Below, piece by piece: positions 30,446 to 44,629 of a stretch of DNA of 64,000 nucleotides. The notes below the pieces were generated by a model, which had not been told where the DNA came from, did no database searches, and saw nothing but the letters and a program-made list of their open reading frames with translations. The translations under genes were made by a program, and so were the position numbers. Location of the stretch: NCBI GenBank assembly GCA_030141605.1, contig JAQGDQ010000002.1:1240001-1304000 (forward strand). The letters run 5' to 3'. Within the stretch, counting starts at the first letter, position 1, and each line of letters opens with the position of its first letter. Source of the stretch: Tubiluchus corallicola (taxonomy: Eukaryota > Animalia > Priapulida).

Positions 30446-33107
30446 AAAAAGATACTAAACATACAACAGTATCAGTAATACATTGTTTAATAACGTTGTG
30501 TTCGCATTTGCATTCACACAATCAACAAAGTCGGCATTAACTGAACATAACGATGTTTGATGCAAAATTAATAAACAAGAATAAACGAAGATGATCATTT
30601 AGTTATACAAAGCGAGGCTGAAAGTAACGATCCTATAACACCAATGACTTGAATCCAGTAAACTGAGTAATGATATAATTAATTGTCAAAATAAAATCAT
30701 TTTAATGTTATGTAATACAATTTTGTGATACACGTGATTTGGGTAGTCACTGTTACATACGCCATGTCAAAAGTAATTATGAACATTGGCAAATTTGATC
30801 ATCAACTATAAAGCCTACACCCTAAAGGTGGAAATGCCTGTGCAGAGTAGACTAAAAATGACAAATTTTCCATGCAGGTAAATTGTGCCAGAAGTGGCCA
30901 TATTAACTTCATGGACAACTTGTTAGGTTACGCAGTACACACACATCATTCAAAGCGCTGTTTCAGAGAGCAAAACAACCAAACAATAACGTTTGTTGTT
31001 TGTTCCTGCCACGTTGTATGCACTTATAAGTTACTGAATAAACAAACTGGTATGTGTTAGTCCATCTGATATTATATCAACAAAATCGATGAACCATACA
31101 CAAAGCGCTGTTTCTTTGCATAAAACTATAAAATTTTGTTTCTCTGAACAAAACTTTAAATTTTACGTGCGGTTTGTTGTTGTTGTACTAGGTTACACAC
31201 ATTCATTTTTTGCACTTTTTTGCAGCTGCTTATTAATTAGTAATGATTACGTAGATTTACCAAAAGAGGTCAGTTCTACTTTCTTCTGAGGAAAATATTG
31301 AAGAATTATTACTGGATAGTCAACTGAGCAAATTATCTTAATAAACAATTACGAAAACCTCCCTCTCTCAACCCGTTTTTTGCTCGTGAGCGTGTTTTCC
31401 TCTCTCACTGTCTTCATTTTAGTCTTCGACTTTTTCAACACGTATTTTGTGGTAGGAGCTTTGTCTCAGTGTCCAAGATGAGTAAGGTGCGCTACTGAAG
31501 CGCCTGGTTTGTCTGAGTCACATTTAGGATGGTAACAATTCAGGCATGTGTGTGAAGCTGTTTTGAATTTTAGGTTCTTTATTCTATTTGTTATGCATGC
31601 GTGAAATTCTGGCGTCTATGTTAGCCACTTTTTACACTTCTTGATCATTCTGTGAACAAATGGAACAAAACAAGCTTTTTTCGTACCAACGTCAGACAAA
31701 ATTCGCAACTTTGCAACGTTATTTAAATGAAAGTACAGATCAAAGTTAGATTTATGCGACTAACAACAGACCAGGGCAAACTGAATCAGGAAACAAGTTA
31801 GCGGTATAGAGCTATTGTAATTTTCACGAATTTGCTAGTGATCGCAAATTCGGCCAAAACGAAATTTCTGTGATTTTGCTAAAAGTATGCGTGTGTAAAA
31901 ATGCATCTTCTCATTCTTCTGTGAAAATATCTCAAAGCAGAAATCAGCTGTTTAAAAAAATTGGCATCTTCGTTTCAGATAATGATTTCTGTATGATTTC
32001 TTTTTTCAAACATGCCAAATGTACGTTCGTTCACTGCGATACAAGTGCTAGTTGTTAAGATTATTTTCGCAGCTTCGTACGTCACATTTACGTTTTAACG
32101 CGGCACCTTAATGCACCTATTCACTGTGGGTGCATCGTCTTTGGTACGCACCATAAAATGCAATGATTACGACGTGTATCAATTTGCAAGGACGATTTAA
32201 AACAAAAACAGGTATTATGAAACTGAGGTGAACCGTAATGAACAACAAAAATGTCATTAAAACTACTGCACGCACAGCGAGCATCAAACAACACACACAA
32301 AGAGCACATTTCTATGATTACGGCTCTCTAGCTATTCTAGTAATTATCTTTAAAAAGATCAACTAGAATGGCTATGGCTAAATAAGTTTTCTTATTATGT
32401 TATTATATGATTCTCCAAAGTAATTTCCCGCTTGCCAGCTGCGTACCTAACATATAATTACGATCACTAACATCTCGTCAGTTTCTGATGTTATTGCTTA
32501 TGTTATACAACAATGTAACTGCTTGGACAAAAAATATATTACCCCAGGTTGTTACGTATCACTGCTTGACTTATTACAGCTGGGACAAGCCAGGGTAATT
32601 TGTACACAACTCCAGTGAGATGTGTTGGCGTGGCCTGTACGACAGACTGTTAGGGGACAAGTGAGAGGAAAAGAAACAGCGAGTAGAGGGGACCAGTGGT
32701 CTGCAAACAAAAAGGATTTTCTGAAACCAATGTGTTTTAGAGAATATAAGATTGTAGGGTTGTCGTTGTCGTCGTGGTTGTTGTTGTTAAGTTTGCTACT
32801 GGCTTTAAAATTAGGTACAGTACATCTGGATTACATGTATCTATTTAACAAAATCTATGAACGCATCAAAAACTCGAACTAGTGCATGCGCAGTAGACAC
32901 TTTATGGCTTCTACATTCTGCATAAATTTATGTGCAAAAACTTTAACTTTGTTGTAGGTGGAAGTGTTTGGGGGTTACTGAGGTCAAATTTACAGGTACA
33001 AGACATCATTTTACATATATCTACGTAGTTTTCTTCGTTGTTTTTGGATATGTTCTCATATGTATGGGTGTTTTATTTGACAAGGAGTTGGTCATGAGTA
33101 TACTGGA

Positions 33108-33274
33108 GTTTTTAAAGCCATATTTTGTGGACCTTTGGCACATGGAAGAAAATAATAAACGTTCCAGATGTGGACGCTGATGCATTTCATGTTATGATTG
33201 AATATCTGGTTGTCATTTATGCAACGGAAAAGTACGACATCACTGCTCTTAAAGAAAAAGCCGTCGAATTTTGA
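33108..33274 (+). pseudogene. BTB/POZ domain pseudogene fragment (BTBD1/2/3/6-like)
   Basis: VFKAIFCGPLAHG, frameshift, then IINVPDVDADAFHVMIEYL[deletion]VVIYATEKYDITALKEKAVEF*; matches BTB consensus VFxAMFxG..IxIPDVxxxAFxxxLxYLY..LYAAxKYxxxxL. Confidence 0.75.
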
Positions 33275-33289
33275 GAAATACGTATTTCT

Positions 33290-33858
33290 GTACATAGACA
33301 ATGAGAATAATCAGATCTGTGTCATGCCGACAAGCACTCTACTGCTTTTTGTACTATAATAACATCAGAATCACCTGGGGATACTTCACCTGACAGTTCT
33401 TTTGTTCCCAAGGAACTTGTTTTTATACATTCTTATGGGCATGTTTTCTCCCAAGACACAGTTGCTCCAATCCTGCTATACCATCCACATACAGAACATG
33501 TCCTGTGATTTCTGGAAGATTGGATCTAAGTAATCCCAGATGGCATCCGCTAGTGCTCGTTTATATGGCTGTATAGCGAGTAAGAAATGTCAAACAATGA
33601 CTCCACAACTTTCGTGCTAGGTTCTTTGAAGCTTTTGCAGCAAATGCGAATCGCTGTCTGGAACAGTAGCAGCGGGACTACGCGAATTGCTTCTCCATCT
33701 GTCTTGGTTGAACATTTTGCGATGAAGATGACTGCCCGATTTTTCCTCTTAAATATGTGCTTCGAAAGCTGTTCGTTCATCCATGCTTGCCAAAATGGTG
33801 TTTCCGAGTTCCTTGGCCTGAGATGCACGCGTAAGAAGTACGACATTGTTAGTAACAA
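33290..33858 (-). mobile_element. Academ(X)-like DNA transposon transposase/XPG-nuclease relic
   Basis: Across frameshifts: FKRKNRAV...KTDGEAIRVVPLLLFQ, SLFDIS..QPYKRALADAIWDYL, PEITGHVLYVDG, SPGDSDVIIVQKAVE and VG.DTDLIILIVY. Order and motifs fit the XPG/PIN-like region (LLFQRL, KxxLAxxI, VxDG, GDADxxIV, DDTDL) recalled for Academ elements. Confidence 0.65.
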
Positions 33859-34834
33859 CTGCAAAAGATCAGGCTATGAAATGCATCTCAAAGGGCACCT
33901 GACGATGATAACGAAGCGAATAGTAATGTTTCAGATTTATGTGATTAATTTCAGCGGTTTCTGGATTCTTACCATACATATAAAAATATCTATTGTATTC
34001 TTGTCAATACATATATTTTTTGACAATAAACATATTCGTTGAACTTGGAAATTTGACAATTGTCGGCTATTTCGTAGTAATTCGCCATCTATGTTTTTCA
34101 ACTGTAAAAATAACTTCCGCGAACCCCTATGCCCTAGGCCGATTTACTATTGACACCGAGGTCTAAGAACGATCTTGCATTAAAAAATAAGTTCGTAAGA
34201 AAATTCTCAAATCGCATGTGGTATTTATCAAACGTTGCAATGAAGTTTTACGCAAAATAATTCAAACATTTTACGAAAACAAAGTGGATAGTACCACGTA
34301 ACTCTATGATCCTTTTTAAAGGACAAGAAAACACTCGTAAAACTTAAGAAATTCGTTTCATCAAAGATTTTGTCACTTTATGCCGACTTGTTGCATACGG
34401 AGGTTACATCACCAGTAGCAGTTAAATCTCCCGCAATGATCGTTATAGCCAGGGGGGCAACAATTACGACGCAGTAGATTATTGGCTGAAGCAGAACTGA
34501 TAAAAAAATACAAACCTGTGATCAATATTGATAAGGGCTGGCAAATTTTCAATAAAATTTTGAATTTAATTAAATTAATTTAATTAGACCTCGGAACTTT
34601 GTTGGTTTTAATCCCTATAATTTTCTTTTCTTAATTTTTTAATATTTTTTGCCCTTTTTATTATTACATATTAGTAAGTTTTAATTAGTAAATTTACTTT
34701 TCATTTAGTTTTTAATCAATTCAGCCTCTTCATGCTGTTTGTACCAATTATTTTACTGACATTGTACACCTTTATTTTATATGTAGTTTCAGATTACAGC
34801 CTAGTTAGCGTATTGGTAAATATGCCCCTGATTA

Positions 34835-35080
34835 TAGCTGTAGCCATTTTAACGGCAAGTTGTTTGAATTACGTTTAGATAATATTGCGTAAATTCAGAA
34901 AAAAATAATCACCGCACTGGTCGCACGCTCCTCGCTAACTAAGCAAAAATACTTAAGTCAGTAAGATCATTAATGTTTTTTGTGAGCTAGAGGTGCACAC
35001 ACTGACGTTTTACCAGATGGCGTGAACAATTTAATTTACTGAGAATTTTCTTTTTCTATTACGCAAGTCTTTCAAAGACA
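34835..35080 (+). repeat. Dispersed repeat family B, diverged copy
   Basis: gtagccatttt...tttaga...attgcgtaaa...aaaaaataatc matches 49930-50010. Confidence 0.55.
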
Positions 35081-35356
35081 TAAGCGTAATGCTAAATACA
35101 TTATCACCTTTTCACACCATTAAGAACGATAGTGATAAATCTATCACTCACTGCCCCACCCCACCCAATACGAGATGCTGCTGCTTTTTAACAGATTTCA
35201 GGCGCTAGACATCCAATTCGTACCGAAAGCATTTGGGTGACATCACGTATCTACTCCTGTGTATGAAGAAAGTGGGGTGGGTGTCTGTCAATACATATAA
35301 CACATAGTGGCATTAGATTGAACTATGTGAAGTCACATTCTAACGCAAAATAACGT

Positions 35357-35362
35357 TTTATT
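35357..35362 (-). terminator. Candidate distal poly(A) signal for the uncharacterised gene (3'UTR ~1.8 kb)
   Basis: AATAAA on the minus strand at the end of an AT-rich tract without obvious repeats downstream of the stop; other candidates exist, e.g. ~35703. Confidence 0.3.
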
Positions 35363-37156
35363 TGTTAACGAGGCATTTTTAACATTAATCGTCACGTGCA
35401 AACTATTGCTACGATTCCATTAGTTTAACTAAGAAAAACTTAAAGTTGAAATTCAATTCGAATGAACTCGATTATCAACGCGAGTTCCTCTGAACTCCGC
35501 AACACCATGTACAATATGGGCTTTACACACCTTTTCTATACTCACAGTTTTTGAGGCTTCATAAATAAAACGTAAATGAAGGAAATGTCATTTTTCTTTA
35601 CGTGCAATACAGGCCAAAAGAAAATAATAGCAGTTAAAGAAGTTTTGTTGTTTCAATAATAAAGGCTAACTTAGCCAAGGCTAAATTTATTATCAATGAC
35701 TTTTTATTATACAAACAGTTACATAATATCACTACTACGCAGCCATATTACATAATACAACGAAAGTTCAAATAAAAGCATTTTTTCGTTACAGACGCTA
35801 ATTACTAACAGTGATATATGTTAGAAAACCTGAGGTATACATCATGTAACTATTTGTAGTCAGAAGCCATTAAGCAAAGTTAAGAAAAATTGAATGTATT
35901 TCCATTTGCAAATTAATCTACAAATTTTCAATAATAGATGACAATATCAATAAAAAAAGAAATAAAATGCAGTTATTTATTAGACCTACAGCTGAATTCG
36001 TATTTATATGAAGTGCTAAGGCCTAGCTCCAACAAGTGCTTAATGAAAATACAGAAATACCGTAATCATAAGAAACTGAATTGGCATGTATCTCATACAA
36101 ACGCTAGATGGCACCACAGTCACTGAAAACACTTTTTAGGGTGTTTCACAAAATAATAGTATAAAAAGAAAAACTTAACTTACAAACTGCTATTTTCGCA
36201 AAAAAAATATGGTAATTTTTTCCTGAATGCAAAAGAAAAAACAATTTCGATGAATTAGGCAGGTGTTATGAAGCCAATATGAAATGCCAAAATACGAAAT
36301 TGTGAACTTGCATAAATGCTCAAAAAACATCTGATTAATTGTTACAATAATTTCTGCAATGCCTACAGTGTTTGAAGTTTTTACTGCATTAGAAGACAAG
36401 CAGCAGCTTAGAGTGCTACTCTGTATATTTTACCAAATGTATACTCTAAAACATAATGCAGTTGTACATTTTTGAAATGCAAAGCAAGGGTTAAATAGGT
36501 CACTATAAAAATACATACCTTTAATTAAAACTACGTACAATATTTTTCATCTATTTACAACAATACTAAGGCCAAATGCCAAGCAACAATTGTGCCACTT
36601 ACAAAATTGTAGTTAATTTATAATACAGACCTATAATACAGTAGGCCAAATTATGAGAATTTTTGATTTTTTAATGCCTTTTAACAGTCTTCACCCATAG
36701 AATGACTCAAAATAGACAAGCATATAGTTACTCGTCCTAGCATACATGTTACAGTGTTTTTAAAGGCATCATTTTTAAGTAAGTTTAGTGTGATGCAACT
36801 ACATGCCAACTGCCAAACATTTACTTTTTGCAGCACTGTATCTTCTTAGACTTTAAAGCAGTTTAAGACAACAAACTGTAATAAAATTTGTAAGGAAAGC
36901 TCACTGGCTTACATTATCACAACTAGTAAACCAATTGCATCAGAAAAAGTAAACGAAATTTATTTTGCTATCATAACCACAACCTAGACAAATTTTTTAC
37001 ACATTTAATAACACCACGTATTTGGAATGTACAGTTTCAATGTTAAAACTATGTCACAATAAAACGTGTTTGAAACAAACAGTGTTTACAGCATCCTTCA
37101 AAAAATACACTCCTGTATTTCAAGTTTTTAATTATCATTGTTGTGTTGTATAACAT

Positions 37157-37282
37157 CTATGTTGGTATATCCGGGCTGGTCAGACTCTTCTGTGAACGCT
37201 CATCAGAATTTATTTTAGCAACCAGAGATGCATGTTCCACAAGTAATTGTTCCAAAGCCTTCTTTCTCACCTCAGCTTCTCG
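37157..37282 (-). CDS. Uncharacterised gene last coding exon
   Basis: tttttacag acceptor; encodes REAEVRKKALEQLLVEHASLVAKINSDE...PDIPT then TAG. Confidence 0.75.
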   Translation of the reverse strand, partial: REAEVRKKALEQLLVEHASLVAKINSDERSQKSLTSPDIPT

Positions 37283-40200
37283 CTGTAAAAAATGAAATAA
37301 TATCACGCATGTGTTTAATAGATGCCAATTAGAAAATACACGAAGTATTTCTGTTTTTTTCTAATTTTTATCTTTGCCAGAAATGCATAAAGGTAATTCT
37401 TGAAGCTGTTCAATAGTGTCAAAGAACGAGAGGCCCCCATGCCAACCGCTACTTGGCGTGGTTAAACTTTTTACTAAAAAAATATGAACAAATTTAGTTT
37501 TACGCCTCGTTCTAAACTAAGTTTTCACTCTCAACTGCCACTGCACTCGCGATTTGACTCGACAGATACCATACTCCTGCTTCCATCTAGCGTCCACTGA
37601 CAAAATATCCAATGTTTTTACAAATCAGACAAAAACTAATAATAGCACAGACGCAATTTAACGAAGACAAAATTACAGCTAACCACAGAAGTTGACAAAA
37701 ATTCTGCTTTTCATCATAGTTCCTTCTGCAAATTATTTCTGCCAATATAGAAGAAGCTACGTTTTTCCAAGTTTTTCATGTTTGTTCAACGCTTTTTAAG
37801 ACGTCTATTTGTTTTTCTTATGAAAACTTATTTAGGAGGTTATCTCGTCAGCACCAGTATTAACTTTACGTTTATTACTTCTGTAATGTTGGTATTTTAG
37901 CTCGTATTAATGGGATGATGTCGTTGTCAGTTAATTGCAAAAAATATCATTAATATTGAAGTTGTTTGAATTGAGAACTAGAAGATTTGATAAGAATACG
38001 CTACCAACAAAAAGTGAACGACATCGTAACAGTGTGGTTAATGCCAAGCAGAAAAGGTTTATTAGGAGTTTCCAACTTGGCATGCTTGTACAAGTCATAT
38101 ACTCGCAAAAACAAATGGTCATCTTATATTAATCAATTTGTTAGGTCTACTGAAAAAAAATCACACAAACATCAACACATAATAATAACTGTACTACAAT
38201 ATTGACTTTTATTTCTGTAATATAAATTCAGCACCTAATAGCTAAGTTTATAAAACTGCGTGAAACTTACTATTATAGGAGCAATCTTGACTTCTACGTC
38301 ATCAAGTGTCAGTTTTTCACCAATTGAAAACCCTGACTCTGTGAGATAACGAAAAAAACATAAATTGATAACATCCAATGGGCAACTTGGAAATTAAACA
38401 AACAAATATACTGCAGCAATTCCTAATATTAAACGATTAGTTACATAAAAATTTATTAAATTAATTTCAGTAATAAAACAAGTGGCTGGATTCATGTACT
38501 GCACTTACGACAGTTAATGATGCTGCTGCTGTTTCGACAACAAAAAATATGAGACTAAAACATTTTATTTGTTTCAAGCATTTAAAATACAACATCAGCT
38601 TTTTTGTGTTGTGTTAGGTAAATACAAGTAAAAGCTTTCAAATATTGTGTAACAGTTTAGAGAACAATCATTTTTTACATGCAAAATTAAGAGCACATAA
38701 TTACAAATTACACAGACTTAACTAACAAAGAACTCTGTGCATTGAATCCATGTAATTACTACACAATGGAATTAACGAAGAAAAACGCATGCCGGCAATA
38801 GCAAATAATTAATAACGATAAAAAAAATCCAGTAAAATTTATCATGCAAGATATATGAGGAAAAGTTTAACAAAAAAGCGAAGAAACTTTCGACAATGAG
38901 AAACCTCGTAGCTTTTTTGATATCCACGAGATTTTTTTACATATGTCTTGTAAGATTCCTTAACATCTTCCAAAAGCGGGTGACGTGCAATCAGCATTAA
39001 CACATTACTATTTGTGTGATCTAATTAAGTCTTCTAGTATACTAAGTTTTCTAAAGTCAAAAAGCTAACCCTAAGTTGATCCAAACAGCTTCTTAAAATT
39101 TCCATTGCAATACCAAGCAACGAAACTAAACAGTTAAGCCCCGCGCAAACATACAATTTTCAGTTGTGGAAAAGTTAGAAGATCTACAAATAAATATGTC
39201 TATGACAACGCGCAGACACAGGCATATTAAAATTGCGCAACTAAAAGATGCAATGTGGGCTAAAACTTTTAGTTGTGTAACTGTTTTAAAATGTATTGTT
39301 TTCAATGACAGCGCGCAGACATGCAATTTTCAATTACGCAATTTTCAGCCAAAAACAATAATTAAGTGTAAGAAGACAGTGTCTTATGAAGAAGTACCAT
39401 TAAACATACAAAAGAGAAACAAATTAATAAAGATTTATCATTCTTACTGTCTTTGCTACCACCTTTTTAAGAGATTCAGTTGAAAGTGAACAGAGAATGC
39501 GACCACGTTTCAATACAGTCAATGCATTTCTACTGCTCACTCCGCGGTTACAGATACACGGCGGCCTCTCTACTGTTTTTCTTTTATTAATAACTCCAAT
39601 TTGTTTTCCATTTCTTGTGTTTATCTTTGTCTCACTAGTTTGTTTTTTCCTTGTGTATCTATATCTCTAGATCGTGTCTGTATTTATTTCGACATGCACT
39701 CATTTAATTCAACGAATTTATCTGTATGGTCCCCGTAGAAGTAATCCTCTGCTGTCGTTGTTTATCCCAATATCTCTATGCCATTCTTGCATAGCAATAG
39801 ATGCGCGGTTGTGTGCTCTTCATGACAACGGTGGACAATTTATTTCTAAAATTTGCTTTTACTTTATTCATAAAAAAGCAAGTTCCATTCTGCTATTTCA
39901 CAAACATTTCTCTCATCACACTCTTCTAAGCATGCCATTGGCTTTTCCACTGCCCTATTATACTTTTTAGAGATCTTCGTTTTTTCATTAATTATATTTG
40001 ATGTTTCGTTTTAAGTATTTTTTGTATCACTACCTTTCATTTCTTTTTTCATCTAGTTTTTTTCTAGTTCTAACATTTCTACTATATTCAAGTTTCGTGC
40101 TAGCGAGTTTCTCTATATTGTCCTTCCGACTACCTGGCACTTTTCTTTTTTCACACTTATTAACACTTTCTTTGCATCTCCATCATCTAATGACACACAT

Positions 40201-43200
40201 AATGTTCTTAACAACATCAACTGCTTATAGTGCACTTGTTTCATTGGCCATGTTCCACAAATCAGTAATATGACCTAATAACTTGTACTTAGCCTTTGTT
40301 TCAACATTCCACAAATAATTTCCTTTTGTCAAGTTTCTATACTTTGCCATTTATGTTCACTTAGTGTTCCCTGTACTTCCGTATTTGTTAACAAACTGAG
40401 AACAGTCATTGTTTTCTAAGCGCATAATCTGATATTGATATAATGATGTGTTCAACTTCACTTTTATGAGTCCAATTTATGATCTGCCTTTTCATCTAAC
40501 TTATTTTCTCACTTCTTTTTTCTATACTCATATCATTGGTTTTTTTGGCGATGAAATCGCCTAAACACTTATTATGATCAACGTTTTTAGTCCAGGCTCT
40601 ACTTCTTCACACTCGTTTCTTCATTTTCCATTTACTAGGGTGTAGATGTATGTATTGCAACTTTTCCGCACTAAATGTATTTTTTTAATTCTTTTATTCT
40701 TCTGCAGCTCTTTATTACTTTTGTTACTACTTCATTTTCTCTCTTACTTAATATATCGCATAAATTCGAGCAACATATAATTGGGTCCCGCACTGTGCTT
40801 TGTTTTACTGCTTCCCCAATCTTAAACTTTCCCGTTATCCCAACTAGTGTGACAATTCTCATGGTCAGGTGTTCATTTAACTTGTACATTAAATTTAAAA
40901 CATTTTCTTGTAATCCAATTTGTCATAAATCTATCAAACAGTCTCGTAACCATAACTCATCAAAACACTTCATCGCATCTACAAATACGAGTTTCGCATG
41001 TTTTCTATAATAACTACAAATCTCTATAAATCTGTAATATAAACAGATGATCCATTATTCGCCTTTCCTTTTTTGCCCTCACATTGGTTTCTGGCAGTTT
41101 AGCAATGTTACTGATTAGAAAGATTCCTCTTCTGTTTTTTAATTCATTTCTTGCACCCCTTTTCTTATATTGATTTCATTATCATCTCATTCCAGTCTCC
41201 TGGTATTATATCTTGGCTAATTACCTCATTAAATACAATACATAAGCTATCTATCAGGTCACTTCCTGCCATCTTTAATATTTCATTTTACCACCCTTGA
41301 CTACCTAATGTGTTTCTGTTTTTTAATTTTTGTAAAACTTCTTTCAGTTCTTCTCGAGCTACTTCTTTGTTTACTTTTAACTTTATTTACTAGTTCTGTC
41401 ACTTTTAATGCTTCATTAAGTTCTTTTTTTAAGTAACTTTGACTTGTATTTTGCAACAGTTCCCTGTAAAATCTACCACATTCTTTTTCAATTTGTTTCT
41501 CATCACTTTATCAACTAATTGAGATTTAACTCCACTTCTAATTTCTTCATTGGTACTTTCTTCATACTTCCAAAAAGCTCCTCATTTCTTTCGCCTTCTT
41601 TTCCGCTCTCTACAGTTTTAATTGTTTTTCTGGCTTTAGCCTCCTGTTTGCATCTGAACAGATGCTCATTGATTAAGTTTATTCTAATGTTTAATAAATC
41701 TGTCTCTTGCACATTTGTTTTTACTTGATTCTTCTTTATTTTCAAAGACGTTTTTACTTTATTTAGTATTCTAACTTCTTTTGGGGAATTTTATCCAAGC
41801 TTCTTTATCTTTCTTTCAATACACACATTTTTCATTTCAATTACTTTTGCACTCCGCATTGAATATTTTTCTTGTAAGTCTATGCCTTGTTTCCATATTC
41901 TATATTCTGTGTCATAGTTTTAAATTTATTTAATTTTCTTTGTGTCAGTTTCCTCATGGTATTGCTTTTTATTTCCTTGTATATCTGCGTCCAGTTCATA
42001 TTTACTATAACCATATTGTGGTCAGAATGTTTTTCTATCACCTTTCCATTTTCATTTTCAAAGCTACACATTTCCTATATTTTACTTTCATCTATTTTCA
42101 TATGATTTTCCAACTCTGATACTTTAGTTCTGCAGTCTTGTGGTCTATACATAACTCTGATCTATACATACACATCCATTGTCAATTATGCTCCAAACTG
42201 CTTCAGAGTCTTTTTCAATTCTTTCTATATCTACAAAAACTCGACACAATTCAACTCAATAAAAATAGTATTCCTCTTCTGTCTTTTTACATTTTTTTAA
42301 TTCTTAAATATTCATATCTATCAAATTGAATTCTATCATTCTCCATTACAAACGTTTCTACATACATTTCTGGTTTCCCCTCCTCTAGTGTGTTTAGGAC
42401 ACTACCTATATTCTTTATTCTCCAAGCATTTCAAAAATTAAAGTGAAATTTCTATACAGGTTTTTAATATTTAATGATCGGTTCTGTACTTTACGACTAC
42501 TGTTAGTTTCTTTACATTACACTGGTAGTTTGCTGTTGTCAAAACCACTATGATTTTTCAATAGGTTTTACATTAGGTGTTACTGTCTCTACAACATTTT
42601 ACTTTCCCTTCTCTGCACGGGTACTCTCTGCAGCCTGCTTACCAATTATGATACTGCCAGTTTCACACCTTCTAACTGCTTCTTTAAGGATGCCCCCATA
42701 AAGCCAACTTCTGATTTTCCCTGTCAGATCCATCTTTCTTTGTTTGGTAAAAATATGTTCTTTCACTAAGGCATTTACTACTGTTAACAACTTGTTATAA
42801 CGTTATAGCTGACTTGTAACTGTTTCTGTTTCTTCAACATTGCTATGCCAAAATTCACAAAATCCCATATCTACAATATTTTCCATGCTCACATTTCCAA
42901 CAAACTGATTTCATTTGTCCATATTGTACGTGCCTATGCCAACGTTTGTCACCAAATGGGCAATACAATCTTTTATGATATGTACTACGTATGTTTGGGT
43001 CTCACATGCTTTTCAGTCTGAACCACTCAAATCGTTTTTCAGTCTTTTCCTTTACATTAGTATTTCGATTCTGAATCTTCTAACTGTTTCCATTCATTCC
43101 CCTTTTAGGCAGCTTATATTCTTAAGGTAATGGATGATAGTATATCACAGCTGCTATACGAGTGAGCTTAAATTTTGCATAAATTATATATTGTAAAATA

Positions 43201-44595
43201 TGACCCATTTAAGCTTACGTAGAGCATTAAGAGAAGCCGAAAGATAAGAGTCATTTCTTCAAGGCAATGTTTTTGCCTACTTTATGTCGAAATAGGTTAA
43301 GGGTAGTAGTTCATCAAAACTATTTGGACTCATCCTATAATAACTAAAGGAATTACCCAGATGAGAAGGCAAGCCCGTAGATCTCATAAAATTATCCGTT
43401 CAGTAACCACAGACTAGTTATTGGGTGAGCCCAATATTTCCGCATCTTTGTCTTTTACGTTATTTAATAATGGACAAATATATGCAACCTCTTCAAGCTA
43501 AATAGCGCATTTGCGCCCGTTTTAAAATTGAATGTCTGAGCGCTCGATGTATACCAGTAAAACTGCATGCCATACCATATGGTATACCAGTCTCCGCGTG
43601 ACCTTAAATTACAAAGCTAAAGCCAGTCGTTTTCCGTGGCCTAACAAAACTTAAATTACTGTAGATGTCTAAGCCTATCTTAAAATGCGAGAAAGATTTA
43701 AAAGGGATTACTGTCTATGTAGCGAATGCTTAGTATACAATTCTAAGCTTGTCTTGCATGTCGCAAATTATCAACAGAGAACAGACTAACAACGAATTCT
43801 CACGAGGCCAGACCGCGTTGTGGCAACTGTTTGGCCAATAATTGTGCTTCGGCAACATTATTAATTAGTAAAGTTCCATTGTGGATAAACGCTTCTGACT
43901 AACACCTGAATAGGCATGCATGTAATAAGGGCATGTTCCCGAGAGGAAAAAAGCATAATCATAATTCATAATTCATTCAAGCAGCACCTAAAGTCTAGTG
44001 ACTAGCTAGACCCATATGTTCTGTTCTGCACGTTGCACATGATTATAGGCTCATATTTTTCTTTGGGGATGCTTTACCTTCCTAATGAAGGACGGATTCG
44101 AACAAATCTGCAGGCTGTAAACAAAATACGTCATATAAAAGCTCGCTGATTGAGGAAAAACTTTTGCTTTTTGTTTTGCAAATAATGACGACGGTCGATA
44201 ATTTGCGAAGTCGCGTAATAACGACACCAAAAATAACTCGGCGGCTCAAAAATACGAGCCTAAGTCGTATCGATCATGGTAAATGGCTTCAACACCTACG
44301 TCATCGAAATTAGGAAAAATTACTTCAATGGTCTGTCTTATCAGGCTAACCCGGAGAGGTTTTCCAGCCGAAGCAGGAGAAATGATGCCTTAAGAACGAC
44401 AAACATGACAAGAGTTAGACAAAATAGGTTCCTGTTCGATTCGAAACTGAAAAGAAACAAAGCGAGGGAGAAGAGAGACAATCAATCAAAAAAGTACTCA
44501 GAAAGGAAAGAGAAGGTAGCACGAAGGAAAGGGAGAAGGACGAAGTGCTGGAGAGAAAAAACAGTGAGGGGAAAGAGAAAGGGAGAGAGAGGTAG

Positions 44596-44629
<34 letters not shown>

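Noticed and set aside
33587-34042. 151-aa plus-strand ORF
   Set aside because: Antisense shadow of the Academ-like relic; no recognisable domain.
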